From the NCBI RefSeq assembly GCF_963921235.1, contig NC_086107.1, positions 101,310,001-101,374,000 on the forward strand: a stretch of 64,000 nt of DNA, written 5' to 3'. Below, piece by piece: positions 37,716 to 52,030 of the stretch (positions within the stretch are counted from its first letter, which is position 1; each line of letters starts with the position of its first letter). This stretch comes from Mobula hypostoma (lineage: Eukaryota). Made by a program: the position numbers and the translations under genes. A model generated the notes under the pieces. It was given only the letters and a program-made list of their open reading frames with translations, did not search any database and was not told where the DNA came from.

Positions 37716-38344
37716 TACATAGCAGGAATGCACATCTGCTTTGTACTCCTAAAATATCTCCCTGGATTACACATTTTGAACAGCTGTAAGGAGCCAAGGT
37801 GGAATTAGTTGCCTGAATTAACCTTATACAAGAGGACAGTACTAAGGTGTACCCCACAAATCATGCTGCTGGAACACCCTGGTCACAGCTCTAGCTGTCA
37901 CAACTGGAATACCCTCTGAAGCTGCAGGTGAAACAGCGTCCCAGGTGTGAGAGCACATTTGGATCCGACCTCTGGATCACTAAGCTGGAATTTGCACAGC
38001 AAGCATTCACCATTGCGTCACACAACCTTGTGCACCCCAGAAAAGGCTGCAGGAAAGCCAGACTGAATGTTCCAAGATAGATTCCTTCCCTAAACACTGA
38101 TCTCGATCAGTGACCTTTCATACATGCTGGCACATCGATCAGACTCACAAAGCTGACATAGTGACTAACACAATGACCTTACACTGGGGGAAGACTCTGA
38201 TTAACCACTCTCCCCAGGCACACTGACCTGGGACGTGAACTTTGAACAGGGACCTGACCCACAGATCTTACCCATCCACCTGATACCCCTAATGGAACAC
38301 AGAACTGACAAAGTGACCTAATGTAAAGAACTGATACACTCATC

Positions 38345-38640
38345 TTGTACACAGATTGGAAACACTGGCCTCACACAACAGTTGGATACAGTGATCTCAC
38401 ACTCTGATTGAATACACTGATCTCCCACACTGGATGCACTGATTTCACTCTCTGATCGGACACTCTGACCTCACACACTGATTGGACACACTGATCTCAC
38501 AGACTGATTGATTGGACACAGTGATCTCACGGGATGATTGGACACTCTGACCTCATACACAGATTGGACACACTTACCTCACACACTGATTAATTGGACA
38601 CACTGATCTCACAGACTGACTGATTGGACACACTGACTGA
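38345..38640. repeat. ~26-bp minisatellite (ctgattggacacactgatctcacaca) with CCAAT on the minus strand
   Basis: About 11 degenerate units, with a more decayed extension toward ~38090. Confidence 0.88.
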
Positions 38641-39639
38641 CAGCGCACATTGTGTGTACTCACTCACATGACAACCTGCCCTGACAGGATATCAGACACT
38701 CACCCTTCATCAACGACCCTCCTTCCACTATAAAACTGGAAATGGAGATACTCACTGATAATTACACCCTGTTCAGTTCCTCAGTGAGTGAAGCAATCAT
38801 CCACCCAGGCCATGTCCTCTTCTTGCTGCTACCGTACAGTAGGAGGTATAGAAACCTGAAGTCCCACACTGCCAGGTTGAGGAACAGCTACTTTCCCACC
38901 TGCACATCCCTCACACTACCTCAGCAATGGGACAGTACGGACCACCTCTTGCCTGCCCGCGGACTTACCTCTAATTGTGGTTTTTATTTTGCATTGTGGC
39001 TTTCATTAATATCTTGCTTGGCACAGTTTCCCCCCCTCTTTGCTGTCTTGTATTATTTGTACAGTATGTAGTTTATACTCGTTGTGTTGTAGGAATCTAT
39101 ATGCCCTTGACGCTGCTGCAAGCTTTCCATTGTACCTGTATCTCACTATACACAAGACAATGAACTTGACCTGCTTTGCCTGCATGCCACAAGACCTGGA
39201 CAACATTCAGGCAGGGGCTGAGAAGTGGCAAGTGACATCTGTGCCACAAATGTATCTGGTAATGACTTCCTCCAGCATTGCCCTTGACCTTCAGTGACTT
39301 TGACACTTTGCCTTCAGTGACATTGCCCTTTGACCTTCAGAGTCATTGGCTCTTGCAGGCCGGGCTCCCCACTGTATGCATCCCGAGATCACCATTGACC
39401 GGAAACTCAGCCACACTGTGGTGACAAGAACCAGTTCACAGGAGACTGGGTATCCTGCATTGTGAGAAATCTCCTGGTGCTCCAAGGGCTCTCCACCATT
39501 TGCAACAGTTAGGAATATGATGGAATGCCCTTCACTTTCCTGTGCAGTGCAGATCCAGCAATTCTAACAAAGCTCAACACCATCCATAATAATTCAGAGC
39601 TCAATTCCCAACCTCCCTTCCCATCAAACACCTAAACAA

Positions 39640-40200
39640 TCCAATATTATTCCTATTCCCATTCTGACAAGTCTGTCTATGGTTTCCTCCACTGCCATGA
39701 TGAAGCCAAATTCAGGCCGGAGGAGCAACACCTCACATTCCATTTGGGTAGCAACCAACCTGATGGCGTGAACATTGATTTCTCCAACTTCCAGTAATTT
39801 TCCCCTCACTCCCCTTTCTCTCTTTTTTCCCCCAATCCCCATTCTGGTTGCCTTCTTACACTTTCTCTTCTGCTCACTTGTCTATCACCTCCTTCTGTTG
39901 CCCTTCCTTCCTCCCATGGTCCCACTCTCCTCTCCTATTAGATTCCTCCTTCTTCAGCCCTGTGCTTCTTCCACCAATTGCCTCCCAGCTTCTTGCATCA
40001 TCCACCCATCCCCCACTCACCCACCATTCCCCCTCATCTGAACTCCCTCAAACCTGCCAATTTGTACCCCTCCCCTCCCCTCCCCTCCCCATTCCCTTCC
40101 AGTCCTGACCAAGGGTCTAGGCCTGAAATGTTGACTGTTTATTCCCCTCCATAGATGCTGCCGGACCTGCTAAATTCCTCCAGCATTTGGTGTGTGTTAC
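39640..40200 (+). mobile_element. Penelope-like remnant
   Basis: gaggagcaacacctcacattccatttgggtagc..caacctgatggc (EEQHL.F.LG..QP.G), then a pLTR with a decayed hammerhead at ~40100. Confidence 0.75.
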
Positions 40201-40869
40201 ACTAAACATTCTCTCCCTTCAGGAACAGTATAGCATGGTCACAGTATGTACTATTTCAAAGTTCAAAGTAAATCTATTATCAAAGTACACCATATACAAC
40301 CCTGAGATTCATATTCTTGTGGGCATGCTCAATAAATCTATAAAATGATAACCAAGACAGAATCAATGAAAGACCACCCAACTAGGGTGTTCAACCAGAG
40401 TTCAGAAGACAAGAAAGAAATAATAATAAATAAGCAATAAGTATAATTTACTATATGCCAGGCTATCCCAACAGCACCTCCCAAGCCCACTGACATAACC
40501 TACAAGAAATACAAGAACAACTGCTTCTTACCGTTGATACCAAAGTGCAGAGGCCACTTGGTAAGGTAACGGTTAGCACAATCAGTTTACAGCACCAGTG
40601 ATTACCAATCAGGATTCAATTCCTGCCGCTGACTGTGAGGACTGTGACCACCAATTTCCTCCGGGTGCTCCAGTTTCCTCCCACACTCCAAAGACGTTTG
40701 GGTTAGGGTTAGTGAGCCGTGGGCGTGCTATGTTGGAAAGTGTGGCAACACATTGTGGCTCCCCACCCCCATACAATCTTCATGATTTAATTTGTTGCAA
40801 ATGACACATTTCACTGTATGTTTTGATATAGTTGTGACAAATAAAGCTAATAAATCCTACACTGTACCT

Positions 40870-41515
40870 CGCCTGTGAGGGGAAAGGTGGGTGGGTAGGG
40901 GATGGGGAATGCCATAAGAAGCTGGAAGGTGATAGGTGGAAGGGGTAGTGGGCTGAGGAAAAAGGAATCTGATAGGTGAGGACAGTGGACCATGGAATAA
41001 AGGGAAAGGGGTGGAGAACCAGAGAGAGGTGATGGGTGGGTCATGAGGGTGGGGGAGAACAAGAAAAATGGTGAGGCCACCAGAATGGTGGAAGATCAAA
41101 AACGGTGTGCGAACAGAGGGATATAGTTACTAGAGGTTAGAGGAGTTGATGTTTATGCTTCAGGCTGGAGAATTCCCAGATGGAATATGAGGTGCTGCTC
41201 CCCCAGTCAGCGTTTGGCCTGATTGTGGCAGTGGAAGAGGCCATGATAGACATCTCGGTGTGGAAATGGAAAGTCAGATTGAAATGAGTGGTCACCAGGA
41301 GAAACCATTTCCCTCTCCTTTTCCACACTCCCTACCCCAGGCCACCCCCACCTTTCTACTTCTTCTGCTCGCTTCCTTCCCGGTCCTGATGAAGGGTCAC
41401 GGCCCAAAATGTTGGCTGTTCATTTCCTTCCATAGATCCTACCTGATCTGCTGAGTTCCTCCAGCACCTTGTGTGTCTTGTTCAAGGTTTCCAGCACCTG
41501 CAGAATCTATTGTGA
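40870..41515. mobile_element. Penelope-like remnants in inverted arrangement
   Basis: Minus-strand EEQHL-type C-terminus at 40870-41300, then a plus-strand pLTR with ctgatgaagggtcacggcccaaaatgtt. Confidence 0.7.
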
Positions 41516-42719
41516 AGTCTGTGTTTGGTTTCTCCGGTGTGGCAGATGCTACGTTGTGAACACCAAAAGCAGCCCCCTGCATTGGAAGGAGTGCTTGTGA
41601 ATTACTGCTTCTCCTGGAAGGACTAGTTGGGAAGGGAAGAAGTGAGAGGACAGGTGAGGCAGTGCCAGCTCTGATCAGCCTGTGTGGATTTCTTCTGAAA
41701 TTCCACCCTTCCTCACTCAGACCCTCTTTTGCTCACAGGTATGGCCAAAGTGTCCAGTCCTTCTCAATGCAGAGCTGTCACCACATACTCCAGCCCATTC
41801 AGTTCCACATGACCGTCCTCTGCAACAACACCCACTCACTCTATCTCAAAGCTGCCATGGTTCACCACATCCCATACTGAAACACTTTTCCCCTTCCTTT
41901 CCAATGTAAAAGATTGCAAACTTCAACAGCTCTTGGATTCCAGCAACCCCCATCCCCGCCCAACATCACACCTCCTGATATGTTGTCACCAACCCTCCTG
42001 ACCCTCCCCTGTCTGGTCCTGATGATCATTTCCTAGCAGAAATCCCTTCTTCATCCTTATCTCAATGCATTTTGGGCTCAACATGACCTTGAACTCTCCT
42101 TCCACTGCTTCTGCCTTCATGCCAACTTCTTTGCCTAAAATCTTCACCTGAGACTTTGGACTTCTCTTCCTGTCCTCAGAATTCCCAATCCTGTTAGATC
42201 CTTTCCTCTGTCCTTAAGAGTTCTCTTGATCCATTCATTGCCAATGATGGTAGGATATTGACCACTTGATTTTTTTTTCCAGTACTTTCTCTCTCCACCT
42301 AACCCACTCCTCTTTGACTTACAACTCTTCACTCACCAAAAACTAATCTCTACCTCGTCATCAAATCTGTGAGCTATGTGGTCTAGTGAACTGACCTCTA
42401 CCTCACAGGTAGAGATAGAGGTTATGCTCCTGAACCAGTGTAGATATCTTCACTTATCTCAACCCTGAACTGATTCCATAACCTATGGACTCACTTTCAA
42501 AGATTTTACAACTCATATTCTCAGTATTTCTTTATTTTTTCATTTGCAAAATTTGTCTTCTTTTCCACATTGGTTATTTGTTAGTCTTTGTTTATGTATA
42601 GTTTTTCATAAATTCTACTGCATACTCTTATTTTCCTGTAAATGTCTGCAAGAAAATGAATCTCGGGTTTGTATATGACACATATATACTCTGATAATAA
42701 ATTTACTTTGACTTTGACT

Positions 42720-43080
42720 TCAGCAGAGACCAAACATCAGCCCTTGAACACCTTGTCAAACCTCCCTCTGGTCCGTGACCCTACCATTGAACATTGGGCC
42801 ATTGTTTCCCACCTCATTTCCTCAGAACTCTCCAGAATGGATTCCAACCTTGTGGTGTTCCAGCACTGTAGAATACCATTCTCCCTCCTGCCCAAGATCC
42901 ACAAATGGGACTATCTGGGCACACCCATTGCTTCAGCCTATTTTTGCCCAATCAGAGTTTGACTCCATCCTTTCTTCCCTGATTCCCACTTCCATCTATT
43001 ACACTCTGCTTCACAGTTTCCAATTGCCTGGTCCCACCAGGCTAATCTTAGCCTTGGGCATATGAAGCTTCGACACTTCC
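42720..43080 (+). mobile_element. Penelope RT remnant
   Basis: FSLLPKIHK...GTPIAS resembles the PLE RT motif YLLPKIHK...GRPIVS. Confidence 0.65.
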
Positions 43081-44841
43081 ATCCTGTAGAGAGTTGTAGA
43101 CACAGCTCATCTCATCACAAACAACACCATGCCCCCTGTGAACTCCATCTGCTCTTCTTGCTGCCTTGACAAAGCAGCCAACAGAATCAAAAACCCCACC
43201 CACCCCAGTCATTCTAAATACGTACCACCACTCCCATTGGGCAGAAGATACAAAAGCCTGAAAGCACCTACCACCAGGCTCAAAGATAGCTCTTAACCCA
43301 CTGTTACAAGACTATTATGAAACTGTTCTACAATAATGTGGACTACGGCCCTCATAATCTACCTCGTTTTGGCCTTGCATGTTATTGTCTGTTTACACTG
43401 CACTTTCTCTATAACTGTAACACTTTACTCTGCATCCTGTTATTGCTTTCCCTCGTACTACCTCAATGTATTGCTGACTACCCTGAGTAAACATAGTCTC
43501 GCTTCGAACAACTTCCCCTTTGTGGGAGACATGGAGCAGTCTTTGTTTCAGTCCTACTTGTTGTGACTGTAACTAAGTCACTGGAGAAATGGGAGAACTT
43601 GTGGATTTATTCTAAACTTAAAGTACATCACATTCTTTTACCCTTAAGATCAAAGGTACAACAGGCAATTCAATACAATTTCCATAGTTACAATGACATT
43701 GTTTACTTCAATATTTTGTGTTGGACAAATGGTTCCTTTGAGGTTCACACATATTTATAGTAAATGCTTGTTGTCATTCATAGGAAACCTTTGAAGGTCC
43801 AGATACCTTTGCTGAGACAAACTAATTCACACAGGTGGTCAAAAGGCTTCTGAGGACAGTGAGCAACACATCCAATATTAGTTTTGTGAGGGCTGACTCT
43901 CTGTGTGCCCAGGTCTCCCAACTATTGATAGATAAGCTATTTGATGTGCTAAGTGATAGTATCAGTCTAGTCTGCAAGCTTCCTTGAACTTGTTTACTAT
44001 GGTGCAAGTTACTTAACCGGAGTCCCCTGGTGATGCATGCCAATTAATATAACCCCATTGTCTAATATTTGGCTAGCAGCCAACCCAGGTGTCCTTTTAA
44101 CTTCAAACTGATTACTGTCTGTAATTTATGTTAAGAACTGAAGACTGGTTCTTAGTTGAATTAATAGCTGCTATGCTCAGATAATTCCATAATGCCCCAA
44201 TAATCCCTAATACTTCCCAGGCTCTTCCACTGACAACTGCATAAGTTCTGAATACACTCAGAACTCTCAATAACACAAGAGATTCTGCAGATGCTGAAAA
44301 TCCAGAACAGCACGCACAAAATGCCGGTGTAACTCAGCAGGTCAGTCAGCATCTATGGAGAGGAATTATCCATCAACGTTTTGGGTTGAGACCCTTCGTC
44401 AGGACTGGAAAGGAAGGGGGATGAATCCAGAATAGGAAGGTGGGAGGGTATGGAAGGAGTACAAGCGAGCGGATGATAGATGATACCAGTCCCCTTCTCT
44501 CACCTCTACCTCGTCTATCTCTTCTTTTCCCTTTCTGAATCCCACTATCTCAATCCCACGGGATAGACAGGCCACCAACACCCACCACGAACCCACAGAG
44601 TTAATGTATGAGGAGTGCTTGATGGCTGTAGGGGTTGCTGCAGTTTATAAGACTGAAAAGGGATCTCAATTAAACCCAAGGCTTAGATAGAGTGGACGTG
44701 GGGAGAATGTTTCCTATAGTTGGGGAGTTTACGACCAGAGGGCACAGCCTCATAATACTAGGACATCTCTTTAGAACAGAGAGGAGAAGGAATTTCTTTA
44801 GCCAGAGAGTGGTGAATCTGAAGAAATTATTGCTGCAGATG

Positions 44842-47675
44842 TGTCATGGTTCGGTCCGTGAAGTCCGCGTTCCGGTTCACGGTCCGGTCCGTGGACTCCG
44901 GACTCTGGGTCTTCCAGCTGTCCCTTGTTTCAGTTGGGCTTAATCATAAGCACCTGATGCTCATCTTGGGGCTGGGAATATAAATGGCCCTGGGTTCAAG
45001 TGTGGGTGCTGGTTTGTCTTGTTAGTATCCTGTCCTCGCCTCTGTGGGGTAAGTCAGGCTATCTTTGCTGTTACCCTGCGGGTGGATCTGTCCCTTCCTG
45101 TCCTTGCCTCCGTTGGGTAAGCCAGGCTGTCTTCGCTGTTACCCTGAGGCTGGACTGTTCCCTTTCCTTCCCCTTCCTTCTGAAGCCTTGCCTGCAACCT
45201 GTGTCTGGAGCCTTGCCTGCAACCTTGTCAAGTTCAACCACCGGAGCGAGACTGGATCCTTGCTGTGTCTAGATAAGGAACTGTCTATCATTGTTTGGAA
45301 CTGTCTCTGTGTCCATGCCTTTGCTAGGTAGGTCCTGCTGTTTGCCGCTACCTTGTGTTGAGAACTGTCTCTCGGTGTTCTGCGTTCCTGTCTCCCAAGA
45401 CCAAGACTCTGTGTTCTGAAAGAAATTAGCACAAAATGGTGTTGGGTAAACTGATGGGTCTGAAGGTTGATAAATCCCCAGGGCCTGATGGTCTGCATCC
45501 CAGAGTACTTAAGGAGGTGGCTGTAGAATGCATTGGTAATCGTTTTCCAATGTTCTATAGATTCAGGATCAGTTCCTGCGGATTGAAGGGTAGCTAATGT
45601 CATCCCACTTTTTAAGAAAGGAGGGAGAGAGAAAACAGGCAATTATAGACCAGTTCGTCTGACATCAGTGGTGGGGAAGATTCTGGAATCAATTATAAAA
45701 GATGTAATAGCAGCATATTTGGATAACTGTGACAGGATAGGTCCGAGTCAGCATGGATTTACGAAGGGGAAATCATGCTTGACTAATCTTCTGGAATTTT
45801 TTGAGAACGTAACTATGAAAATGGACATGGGAAAGCCAGTGGATGTAGTGTACCTGGACTTTCAGAAAGCCTTTGATAAGGTCCCACATAGGAAGTTAGT
45901 GTGCAAAATTAGAGCAAATGGTATTGGGAGTAGGGTACTGACATGGATAGAAAATTGGTTGGCAGACAGGAAACAAAGAGTAGAGATTAACGGGTCCTTT
46001 TCAGAATGGCAGGCAGTGACCAGTGGGGTACCGCAAGGCTCGGTGCTGGGACTGCAGCTATTTACAATATACATTAATGATTTAGATGAAGGGATTAAAA
46101 GTAACATTAGCAAATTTGCAGATGACACAAAGCTGGGTGCCAGTGTGAAATGTGAGGAGGATGTTATGAGAATGCAGGGTGACTTGGACAGGTTGGGTGA
46201 GTGGGCAGATGCATGGCAGATGCAGTTTAATGTGGATAAATGTGAGGTTATTCACTTTGATGGCAAGAACAGGAAGGCAGATTACTATCTGAATGGTGTC
46301 AAATTAGGAAAAGGGGAAGTACAATGAGATCTAGGTGTCCTTGTTCATCAGTCACTGAAAGTAAGCATGCAGGTACAGCAGGCAGTGAAGAAAGCTAATG
46401 GCATGCTGGCCTTCATAAGAAGGGGAATTGAGTATAGGAGCAAGGAGGTCCTTCTGCAGTTGTACAGAGCCCTGGTGAGACCACACCTGGAATATTGTGT
46501 GGAGTTTTGGTCTCCAAATTTGAGGAAGGACATTCTAGCTATTGAGGGAGTGCAGCGTAGGTTCACGAGGTTAATTCCCAGGATGGAGGGCCTGTCATAT
46601 GTTGAAAGGTTGGAGCGACTGGGGTTGTATACAGTGAAATTTAGAAGGATGAGTGGGGATCTGATTGAAATTTATAAGATTATTATGGGATTGGACACGC
46701 TAGAGGCAGGAAACATGTTCCTGATGTTTGGGGAGTCCAGAACCAGAAGCCACAGTTTAAGAATAAGGGGTAGACAATTTAGATCGGAGTTGAGGAAAAA
46801 CTTTTTCACACAGAGGGTTGTGGTTCTGTGGAATGCTCTGCCTCAGAAGGCAGTGGAGGCCAATTTTCTGGATTCTTTCAAAAAAGAGTTAGATAGAGCT
46901 CTTAAAGATAGTGGAGTCAAGGGATATGGGGAGAAGGCAGGAAAAGGGATTGTGGATGATCAGCCATGATCACAGTGAATGGTGGTGCTGGCTCAAAGGG
47001 CTGAATGGCCTACTCCTGCACCTATTGTCTGTTGTCTATTCTGCGTTCCTGTTGTCCCAAATCCAAGGTTCTGAGGTTCCTGTCGTCCCAAGTCCAAGGC
47101 TCAGCTGTTCCTGAGTACCAAGTCAAGGCTTCATGTTCTCGTCCTGTCCACGTGTTTCGTCCTATACTGGAGTTCCCTCATCTTGCCCAGGAGTCTCTCA
47201 TTCTGTCCTGTAGCCTTGCCTAGTCCTGTCTCCCAAGACCATGTCATGTCTTCGCCTAGTTCCGGAGACCGAGCCCGAGTCAAGACCCAGGTTCTGGGTC
47301 CTTGTCCAGTGTCTGGCTCGGAGTCCGAACCCAAGCCTTAAGGAACCCAAGCCTCGAGGAACCCAAGCCATGTCCAATCCTGTAGCCATGTCATGTCCTC
47401 GCCTAGTTCCGGGGTCTGAGCCCGAGTCAAGACCCAGGTTCTGGGTCCTTGTCCAGTCTCTGGCTCGGAGTCCAAGCCCAGGCTCCTAGTTCCCAGTTCC
47501 TTGTCCTGGTCCCGCTTGCCTAGCCAATGTCCTAGGTCAAGTCTGTGTTCTTGTCCCAGCTCTTAGTCTGTGTCCTGTCTGGTCACTAACTCTAGTCTCT
47601 AGTCCTGTCCTGTTCCTAGTACTTCAGAGTCTGTGTCCTGCATTTGGGTCTGCTACCAGTGCCCCTGTTATGACA
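44842..47675 (+). mobile_element. Solo LTR (Gypsy-like, ~1.2 kb excluding the nested CR1) with 5-bp TSD
   Basis: TGTCAT...ATGACA termini. TSD AGATG at 44837-44841 and 47676-47680. TATAAA at ~44980 and internal tandem repeats. It interrupts an older CR1. Confidence 0.88.
45419..47038 (+). mobile_element. Young 5'-truncated CR1 LINE nested in the LTR
   Basis: Near-intact RT: SQHGFTKGKSCLTNL, YLDFQKAFDKVPH, GVPQGSVLG, FADDTKLG, with a few stops. (ctattgt)n tail and a possible TTCTG duplication. Confidence 0.95.
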
Positions 47676-48467
47676 AGATGACTGTGGAGGTCAAGTCATT
47701 GGGTACAGTTAAAGCAGGGGTTAATAGGTTCTTGATTAATGAGGGCATCAAAGATTGTGGGGAGAAGACAGGAGAATGGGGTTAAGTTTGATAATAAATT
47801 AGCCATGAAAGAATGGAATCAGCCATGAAAGAATGGTGGAGCAGACTCAATAGGCTGAATGGCCTAATTTTGGTCATATTTTGTGGACCCCCACACTTAT
47901 CCTCTCCCATCCTGCCTCCACTCCAATCTCCCAGTCCCTCCATCTCCTTCGTACTTATTCCAATGAGGACACTTTGCACAAAGGTGACTCTGAGGTATCT
48001 TTCTTATTGCCAGCCATGACTTCTTCTATACCATAATTGGCATCCTATCCATCGCCCAAACCCCAGCTCTCAGCCCAGACAGAGCAAGAAAGGCGTTCCT
48101 CCAGATCATCAGACTCAACATTCAGTGATCTCCCTTTGCGATTTCACCTGCTTCAGCGAGGTTCCACCACAGACACACATTCCCCTCCTCTACCCTTTCA
48201 GCACTTCCAAGGGACCCTTCTCTTCACTACTTCTTGATCTCCTCTCCCGTCACCACCAACAACTTTCCATCCAGCTCTGCTCCCTGTGACCATAGGACGT
48301 GTTACACTTACCTTTGCCTTCACATCCTCCTGATGATACTTAGATTCTAAATATCACCTAGAGGTACACTTGGTGGGCTGTCGGCAGAGGGGATTCCCTG
48401 TTCTTCTTAGTCAGTCCCTAGGGATCAAGGGTGATTTCGGTCCTGTGATCTTCAGGATCCTTTCTCA

Positions 48468-48920
48468 TATACATTCAGTGGCCACTTTATTAGGTAGATC
48501 TGTACCTAATTAATGCAAATATCTAATCAGCCAATCATTGGCAGCAACCTGTTGCATTAAAGCATGCAGACATGGTCAAGAGGTACAGTTGTTGTTCAGA
48601 CCAAAAATAAGAATGGGGAAGAAATGTGATCTAAGTGAATGATTGTTGGTGCCAGACAGGGTGGTTTGCGTATCTCAGAAACTGCTGATCTCCTGGGATT
48701 TTCACTTACAGAGAAAATCAAAAAATAAAAAATCCAGTGAGGGGCAGTTCTGTGGGTGAAAATACCTTGTTAATGAGAGGGGTCAGAGGAGAATGGCCAG
48801 ACTGGTTCAAGCTGACAGGAAGGTGACAGTAACTCAAATAACCACTGGTTACAACAGTGGCGTGCAGAATGGCATCTCTGAACACACAGCATGTTGAACC
48901 TTGAATTGATTGGCTGCAGG
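48468..48920 (+). mobile_element. Non-autonomous Tc1 derivative (3'-truncated)
   Basis: tacattcagtggccactttattaggta TIR and the same HTH remnant as 267-798. Confidence 0.8.
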
Positions 48921-49384
48921 GGCCCATTGAGTCTATCCAACCTGTCTCAGATCAATCCTGTCGATCCCATTCCCCCACTTACTTCCAGGTAATCTATTCT
49001 CTCCCACATGCTGTTTAGATCCCCCCTGACTTACCTACTCACTAGGAATGGTTATCAGTAATCAGTAAACCAACCAACACACCAATGGGATGTGGGAGGA
49101 AACCAGGGTGTCTGGGGACAAAACACACAGTCACAGGAAGAACGTGCAAACTCCACATGGACAGTATCCACGTTTGGGACTGAACCTGGCGGGCTGCCCT
49201 TGGGTGTGAACCCGGCCCTGTACGTAGGTGCTGGACTGGTGCACACTCCTGTTGTTTTGTGCATGGTGTCCTGTCAGAGTGCTCTGTGCCCCTCACCAGC
49301 CTGGGTGGGATTCCCGTCAGTGCGCGAGGGACCAGCAGCACTTTCCCCATTCTTCCCAGGAGTTTATTTCATTTATTTTTTATT

Positions 49385-49616
49385 TGGAGACACCGGTCCT
49401 TCTGCCCAACAATCCCACACTGCCCAGTACACCCCTGTGACCAATTAACCGACTACCTCATACATCTTTGGACTGTGGGAGGAAACTGGAGCACCCGGAG
49501 GAAACCCACACGGTCACGGCGAGAACGTACAAACTCCTTACAGACAGCGGCGGAGTTGAGCTTGCGTTGATGGCGTTGCAATAGCATTATGGTAAACACT
49601 CCACTACCATGCCTCC
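49385..49616 (-). mobile_element. tRNA-derived SINE
   Basis: Same core as 6677-6920. Confidence 0.8.
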
Positions 49617-50106
49617 CAATGTTCCCAATGAGGTGTGCGCGCACACACACACCTTTTGCTACCAGCGCACAAAGGAATTTAAACTGCGCACAAAAGCTTG
49701 TCACCCTCCACCTGGTTGGCACGTTAAGTATGTTTCATGATTGTTCACAATACAGAAACTGGTGTAACCTGCGCATATTGTTGTGATGCAAAAGTTGCTG
49801 GAGAATTTGCAAGTGGGAAGAAGCGGAGTAATATTTGGAAACTTGACTTTTTAAAAGCATCATTTTGCGAGCAATTCACATATAAACGGTGTGCAAAGAC
49901 TTTGGGGAGAAAACCCTTCACTATAGGCCTGGTTTCTTTTAAACAATGAACAACAAACTGGGCTAGGTAGTTGATGATCCTTAGAATAGCTTGAGGCTTA
50001 CTTCCTCTTAAAAATTCAGTATGCACTTGTTGTTGTCACCGGGCAAAACGTTGCTCAGCACAAGAATTTTGTGCACACTGGTCATTACAAATTAGAGGGA
50101 ACATTG
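49617..50106. mobile_element. Non-autonomous hAT-like element
   Basis: TIRs caatgttccc/gggaacattg. 8-bp flanks atgcctcc/gtgccacc (6 of 8 match). Subterminal gcgcaca repeats. Confidence 0.7.
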
Positions 50107-51439
50107 GTGCCACCCCGTTTGAAGAATCTTCTATCATATCCTCCCCCCCTATCACAGCAATAAGTGCTTATTGCAGACTTATGGAGCTGGAAGCAGTGAG
50201 ATTGTATCAGGAGTCTGGCATTAGCTGTGCAGATGACCTGGAGCCCCTGGAAGTGTCTGAGTGTAATTAGAGCCAGGAACCTTGGCGGGCTGGCAGGGGA
50301 AAGGGTGCTAACTTTGGTCCATCTCTCTTACTAGTAGATGTGGGGAATTATAAATGTAATGCAGACGGTACACAGAGTAGCCTTTAAGCTGTCCATGTCT
50401 CCTACACCGCACCACTGCTACTCAGCAGACCACGAGCTTGAGGCTGGGTCTGAGGCGTCAAACACTCTTTTCATTCAAGTGATGAGATTAGGGCCGGCAC
50501 AGTGGAACAGCTGGCAGAGCCCCTGCCCCTCAGCTCCAGAAGCTCCAGGTTCGATCCTGACTTTGGGCGCTGTCTGAGTGGAGTTTTACTGCCCTGGCGT
50601 TCCAGTTTCCTCCTGCATCCCAATGTTTAATTGGCCACTGTAATTTTCCTTAAGAGGTGGAATGGGGATGAGGAGGGGGATGTTAGTGAGAATGTGAAGG
50701 GAATAAAAGATAGAATTAATACAGGATTGGTATAAATGGATTAATGGTTAGTATGGACTCAGTGGGCTGAATGGCCTGTTTCTGTGCAATAGGACTCTAT
50801 CATTGTTTCTAGGCATTAATTTCTCAGCCCTGTACAGTAAACACATCCCTGCCACACGGCCAATTTATCAAACCGATTGACTAAGGCACATTGACTAGTC
50901 TTTTGCAGTAATTTCTGATGTCAATATTTATGCTCCTCATCATAAACAGTATTATTGCTGGGGATATGGAACATGACTTCAGCACCAAATATTCCCAGGT
51001 CTGGGACAAGAACTTCACAACGTAAGAAACAGCAGCAGGAATCGATTTCTGAACCCTCGGACCAGCTCCTACATTCGTCTTTCTTGATCATGGCTGATGC
51101 TTTATGTTCACACCGTCTGCCCGCCTTATTCCCACAATGCTCCGCCGATCTGCGTTAAAAACAATGACTGAGCATCCACAGGAACTGGAGGGCGAGAATC
51201 CAGAAGATTGAGCGTGAAGGCCATTCCTTATTGTAATCGCAATAAGGCTATCCCTTATTTTGAGTCTATAACTCCAAGTTCTCAAACCCTTAGCCAGAGG
51301 AAGCAATCCCTCCAACTGGGCCCTCAAAGTATTTTGTATGTCTCAACGAAGACATCAGCCATTCTTCTACCTTGTCTACTTGTGTGGTAGACTGGCCACC
51401 TCAGAACCAGCCTAGTGAATCTCGTTCCTGCACTCCCTC

Positions 51440-52030
51440 AGAATCAGAATCAGGTTGAATATCACTGCCGTATGTTGTCAGATCTGTTGGTATATGGTAG
51501 CAGTGCAATGCAATACATAATAATGAGAACTGTGTATTACAGTAAGAAGTGTATATATTTAAAAAGAGAAAAAGAGTAGTGAGGTAGTGTTCATGGGTTC
51601 AATGTTCATTCAGAAATCGGATGGCAGAGAGGAAGAAGCTGTTCCTGAATCATTGACCGTGGGCCTTCGGGCTCCTGTATCTCCTTCCTGATGGTAGTAA
51701 TGAGAACAGGGTATGTCCTAGGTGGTGGGGATTCTTAATGATGGATGCTGCCTTTTTTGGGGCACTGCTCCTTGAAGATGTCCTGGATGCTGTGGAGGCT
51801 TGTGCCTACGATGGAGTGGAATGAGTTTACAACTTTCTGAAGCTTATTTCAATCTTTTGCCGTGCCCCCCCCCCCATACCAGACGGTGATGCAGCCAGCT
51901 ACAATGCTCTCACCGTACACCTGTAGGAATTTGCGAGAGTCTTTGGTAACATAGCAAACCTCCTCAAACTCCGAATGAAATATAGCCACTGTCATGCCTT
52001 CTTTGTAGCTGCCTGGATGCTCAGAGATAT
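51440..52030 (-). mobile_element. Rex1/Babar-type LINE 3' fragment inside a CR1 remnant
   Basis: Reverse-complement similarity to 3950-4260. (ctgatt)n tail at ~51440. Confidence 0.7.

Noticed and set aside
37890..38080. Open plus-strand frame LEYPLKLQVKQRPRCES...
   Set aside because: No start codon, weak acceptor and no recognisable homology.
50157..50174. Inverted repeat GCAATAAG-tg-CTTATTGC
   Set aside because: 8-bp arms are expected by chance in a window of this size.
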